A stretch of 30,543 nt of DNA from Deltaproteobacteria bacterium (GTDB lineage Bacteria; Myxococcota_A; UBA796; CAJQPC01). Position numbers and translations under genes: made by a program. Positions within the stretch are counted from its first letter, which is position 1, and each line of letters starts with the position of its first letter. Shown in pieces: positions 29,273-30,543 of this stretch. The stretch is from contig JADKFE010000010.1 in the NCBI GenBank assembly GCA_016717595.1, positions 113,031 through 143,573 of the forward strand, in the 5' to 3' direction. The notes under the pieces are model-generated. The model was given only the letters and a program-made list of their open reading frames with translations. It did no database searches and had not been told where the DNA came from.

Positions 29273-29988
29273 GCGCCCCCAGCGGCGCCGGTGAGCGGCC
29301 TTCACCCGCCGTCGAGGACGAAGACGACGGGCGTCCTACGGTCTTGATCGTCGTGGCCGCGATGATGGCGGGGGTCATGCTGGCGGCGGGAATGTTGGTG
29401 GTGAGCCAGATCATGTTCAAAGACCCCAAGCCCATCCCCGAGGAGGTCCTGGTCAACAAGCCCGCCGAGGACCTGCCGCCCGAGGACGTGCCGGCCGAGG
29501 TCGCCCCTCCCCCCGAGGCCGACCCGTGTGATGGCGTCAGCGACGAGGACGGCGACGGCTATCTCCCTTGTGCCCCCGAGACCGATGCGGCGCTGGCCCG
29601 CGTCAGCCTAGGCGAGCTCAAGGCGAACGACTGCGACGACAAAGATCCCAAGGTGTACCCCGCCGCCAAAGGGGACGGGCGCGGCGTCGACAACAGCTGC
29701 GACGGGAAGATCGAAGGGAAGGAGCGGCCCGTGACCGAACCCCCGCCGCCGCAGGAGACCTGTTTTCAAGACCTGGACGGAGACGGCTACGGAAACGTGC
29801 TGAAGCCCCTGCGCGGGGAGGCCTGCCGTGGAAAAAACGTGAGCAAAAACAGCGAGGACTGCCTCGACACCAACGCCCGCTGGTACCCAGGCGCGGCGGA
29901 GCCGCCCGGATCGCCTGACATGAACTGCGACGGGAAACCGACGCCCGCGGTCGAGAATCCAAGCTCCCTGTCGCGCCGCAGGTGCTGA
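29119..29988 (+). CDS. Pro/Ala-rich linker, TM helix and an extracytoplasmic MopE-like Cys-rich domain (three motif copies). Either a separate gene or the frameshifted C-terminal half of the kinase.
   Basis: Frame 1 is open from 28888 and has good GC3. TM TVLIVVAAMMAGVMLAAGMLVVSQIMF. Motifs ANDCDDKDPKVYPAAKGDGRGVDNSCDGK, CFQDLDGDGYG and EDCLDTNARWYPGAAEPPGSPDMNCDGK. In-frame candidate starts at GTG 29119 or ATG 29239. Confidence 0.55.
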   Translation: MAPPAPPPLIRSAFVPPKAPTPPSPPPRAPIAAPPLAPAFMSTRTPSPALVSAPSGAGERPSPAVEDEDDGRPTVLIVVAAMMAGVMLAAGMLVVSQIMFKDPKPIPEEVLVNKPAEDLPPEDVPAEVAPPPEADPCDGVSDEDGDGYLPCAPETDAALARVSLGELKANDCDDKDPKVYPAAKGDGRGVDNSCDGKIEGKERPVTEPPPPQETCFQDLDGDGYGNVLKPLRGEACRGKNVSKNSEDCLDTNARWYPGAAEPPGSPDMNCDGKPTPAVENPSSLSRRRC

Positions 29989-30254
29989 GGGCCACGGGCT
30001 CGCTCAGAGGCAAGAAGCTCACCGTGAACGCTGCGCTCGACCCAAACGGCGTCCGGTGCAAGGCGCTCTATGTTCATGTCAGCGGCTCTCCCAGCTTCAT
30101 CACCGGCGAGACCACCATCCAACAGATGAGCGGCGGCCCCACCGATTGGCAGGCGAGCGTGCCCGTAGACCAGAAAGAGTTGTACTTTAAGCTCATATGC
30201 AACGACAATGGCCCTTTGCGCATCGGCGCCAAGTACTACGGGGTCTCGCAATGA
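29982..30254 (+). CDS. Beta-rich domain ORF in frame 0. A possible further C-terminal extension of the receptor, or a small separate gene.
   Basis: Frame 0 is open from 29919 and reads ...KKLTVNAALDPNGVRCKALYVHVSGSPSFITGETTIQQMSGGPTDWQASVPVDQKELYFKLICNDNGPLRIGAKYYGVSQ. It overlaps the end of the MopE-like ORF by 7 nt. Confidence 0.4.
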   Translation: MLRATGSLRGKKLTVNAALDPNGVRCKALYVHVSGSPSFITGETTIQQMSGGPTDWQASVPVDQKELYFKLICNDNGPLRIGAKYYGVSQ

Positions 30255-30309
30255 GCGGCGATGTCTGTTATGCTGCGGCCATGAACCTTGCCGCGGATAG
30301 GGTTGCCCT

Positions 30310-30543
30310 GTGAAGCTGCTCCAGCTCGTGAGAACCTTCGCCCGAACCTCCCTTCTTTTGGGGCTCGTCGGCGCCTTCAACGTCGGCGATGTCTACGCCC
30401 AGACCAAGAACCGCGCCGCCGAAGAGGCGAATCAACAGCGGGATCTGGCGGAGCGGTACTTCGGCGAAGGGGATCTCGACCGGGCGGAGCTCGCCGCGAT
30501 GCGCGCCGTAGAGCTCGACAAATCGAGCCTCACCGAGCGCGCC
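30310..30543 (+). CDS. Secreted TPR-like protein. N-terminal fragment that continues past the window end.
   Basis: The GTG at 30310 gives MKLLQLVRTFARTSLLLGLVGAFNVGDVYAQ (signal peptide) then ...AERYFGEGDLDRAELAAMRAVELD (TPR-like). Open to the window end. Absent from the track because it is truncated. Confidence 0.4.
   Translation, partial: MKLLQLVRTFARTSLLLGLVGAFNVGDVYAQTKNRAAEEANQQRDLAERYFGEGDLDRAELAAMRAVELDKSSLTERA

Overview
The window is about 70% GC and comes from a Myxococcota-like chromosome. That placement rests on the GC content, the Hanks-type Ser/Thr kinase, the Myxococcus-type cysteine-rich MopE-like repeats and the operon style. The first ~12 kb, on the minus strand, is a complete, tightly overlapped type II secretion system operon in the order gspC-D-E-F-G-H-I-J-K-L. 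The last gene, gspL, runs off the window start. It is missing from the ORF track because it is truncated; I recovered it by translating the reverse complement by hand. Upstream of gspC there is a sigma54-type -24/-12 candidate, with a palindrome a further ~95 nt upstream. The middle of the window (12-22 kb) is housekeeping and accessory genes: a Nudix hydrolase, a lipoprotein, uvrB with a LexA-box-like site and two small downstream genes, enolase, a TPR lipoprotein with a retropepsin-like domain, a membrane fatty-acid-desaturase-family protein, and an orphan Tat-exported DctP-like binding protein. A two-gene membrane/secreted pair follows at 22.3-24.0 kb. The most unusual region is 24.0-30.3 kb. 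A ~600 bp low-GC intergenic stretch carrying a perfect palindrome precedes a four-gene minus-strand operon. All three junctions of that operon overlap start and stop codons. It encodes a membrane-anchored, coiled-coil, Ras-like GTPase with lower GC3 than its neighbours, two unknown proteins, and a small membrane-anchored protein carrying a MopE-like Cys-rich metal-binding motif. Across a divergent promoter bearing a TATAAT box and an inverted repeat lies a receptor-like Ser/Thr kinase. Its proline-rich linker, TM helix, MopE-like ectodomain and a further beta-rich domain sit in three successive reading frames (2, 1, 0). That suggests two single-base indels, either sequencing error or a real frameshift, or else overlapping genes. 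I saw no tRNA, rRNA, CRISPR array or transposase. The many long, Arg/Pro-rich ORFs in the track are antisense or off-frame shadows typical of high-GC DNA.
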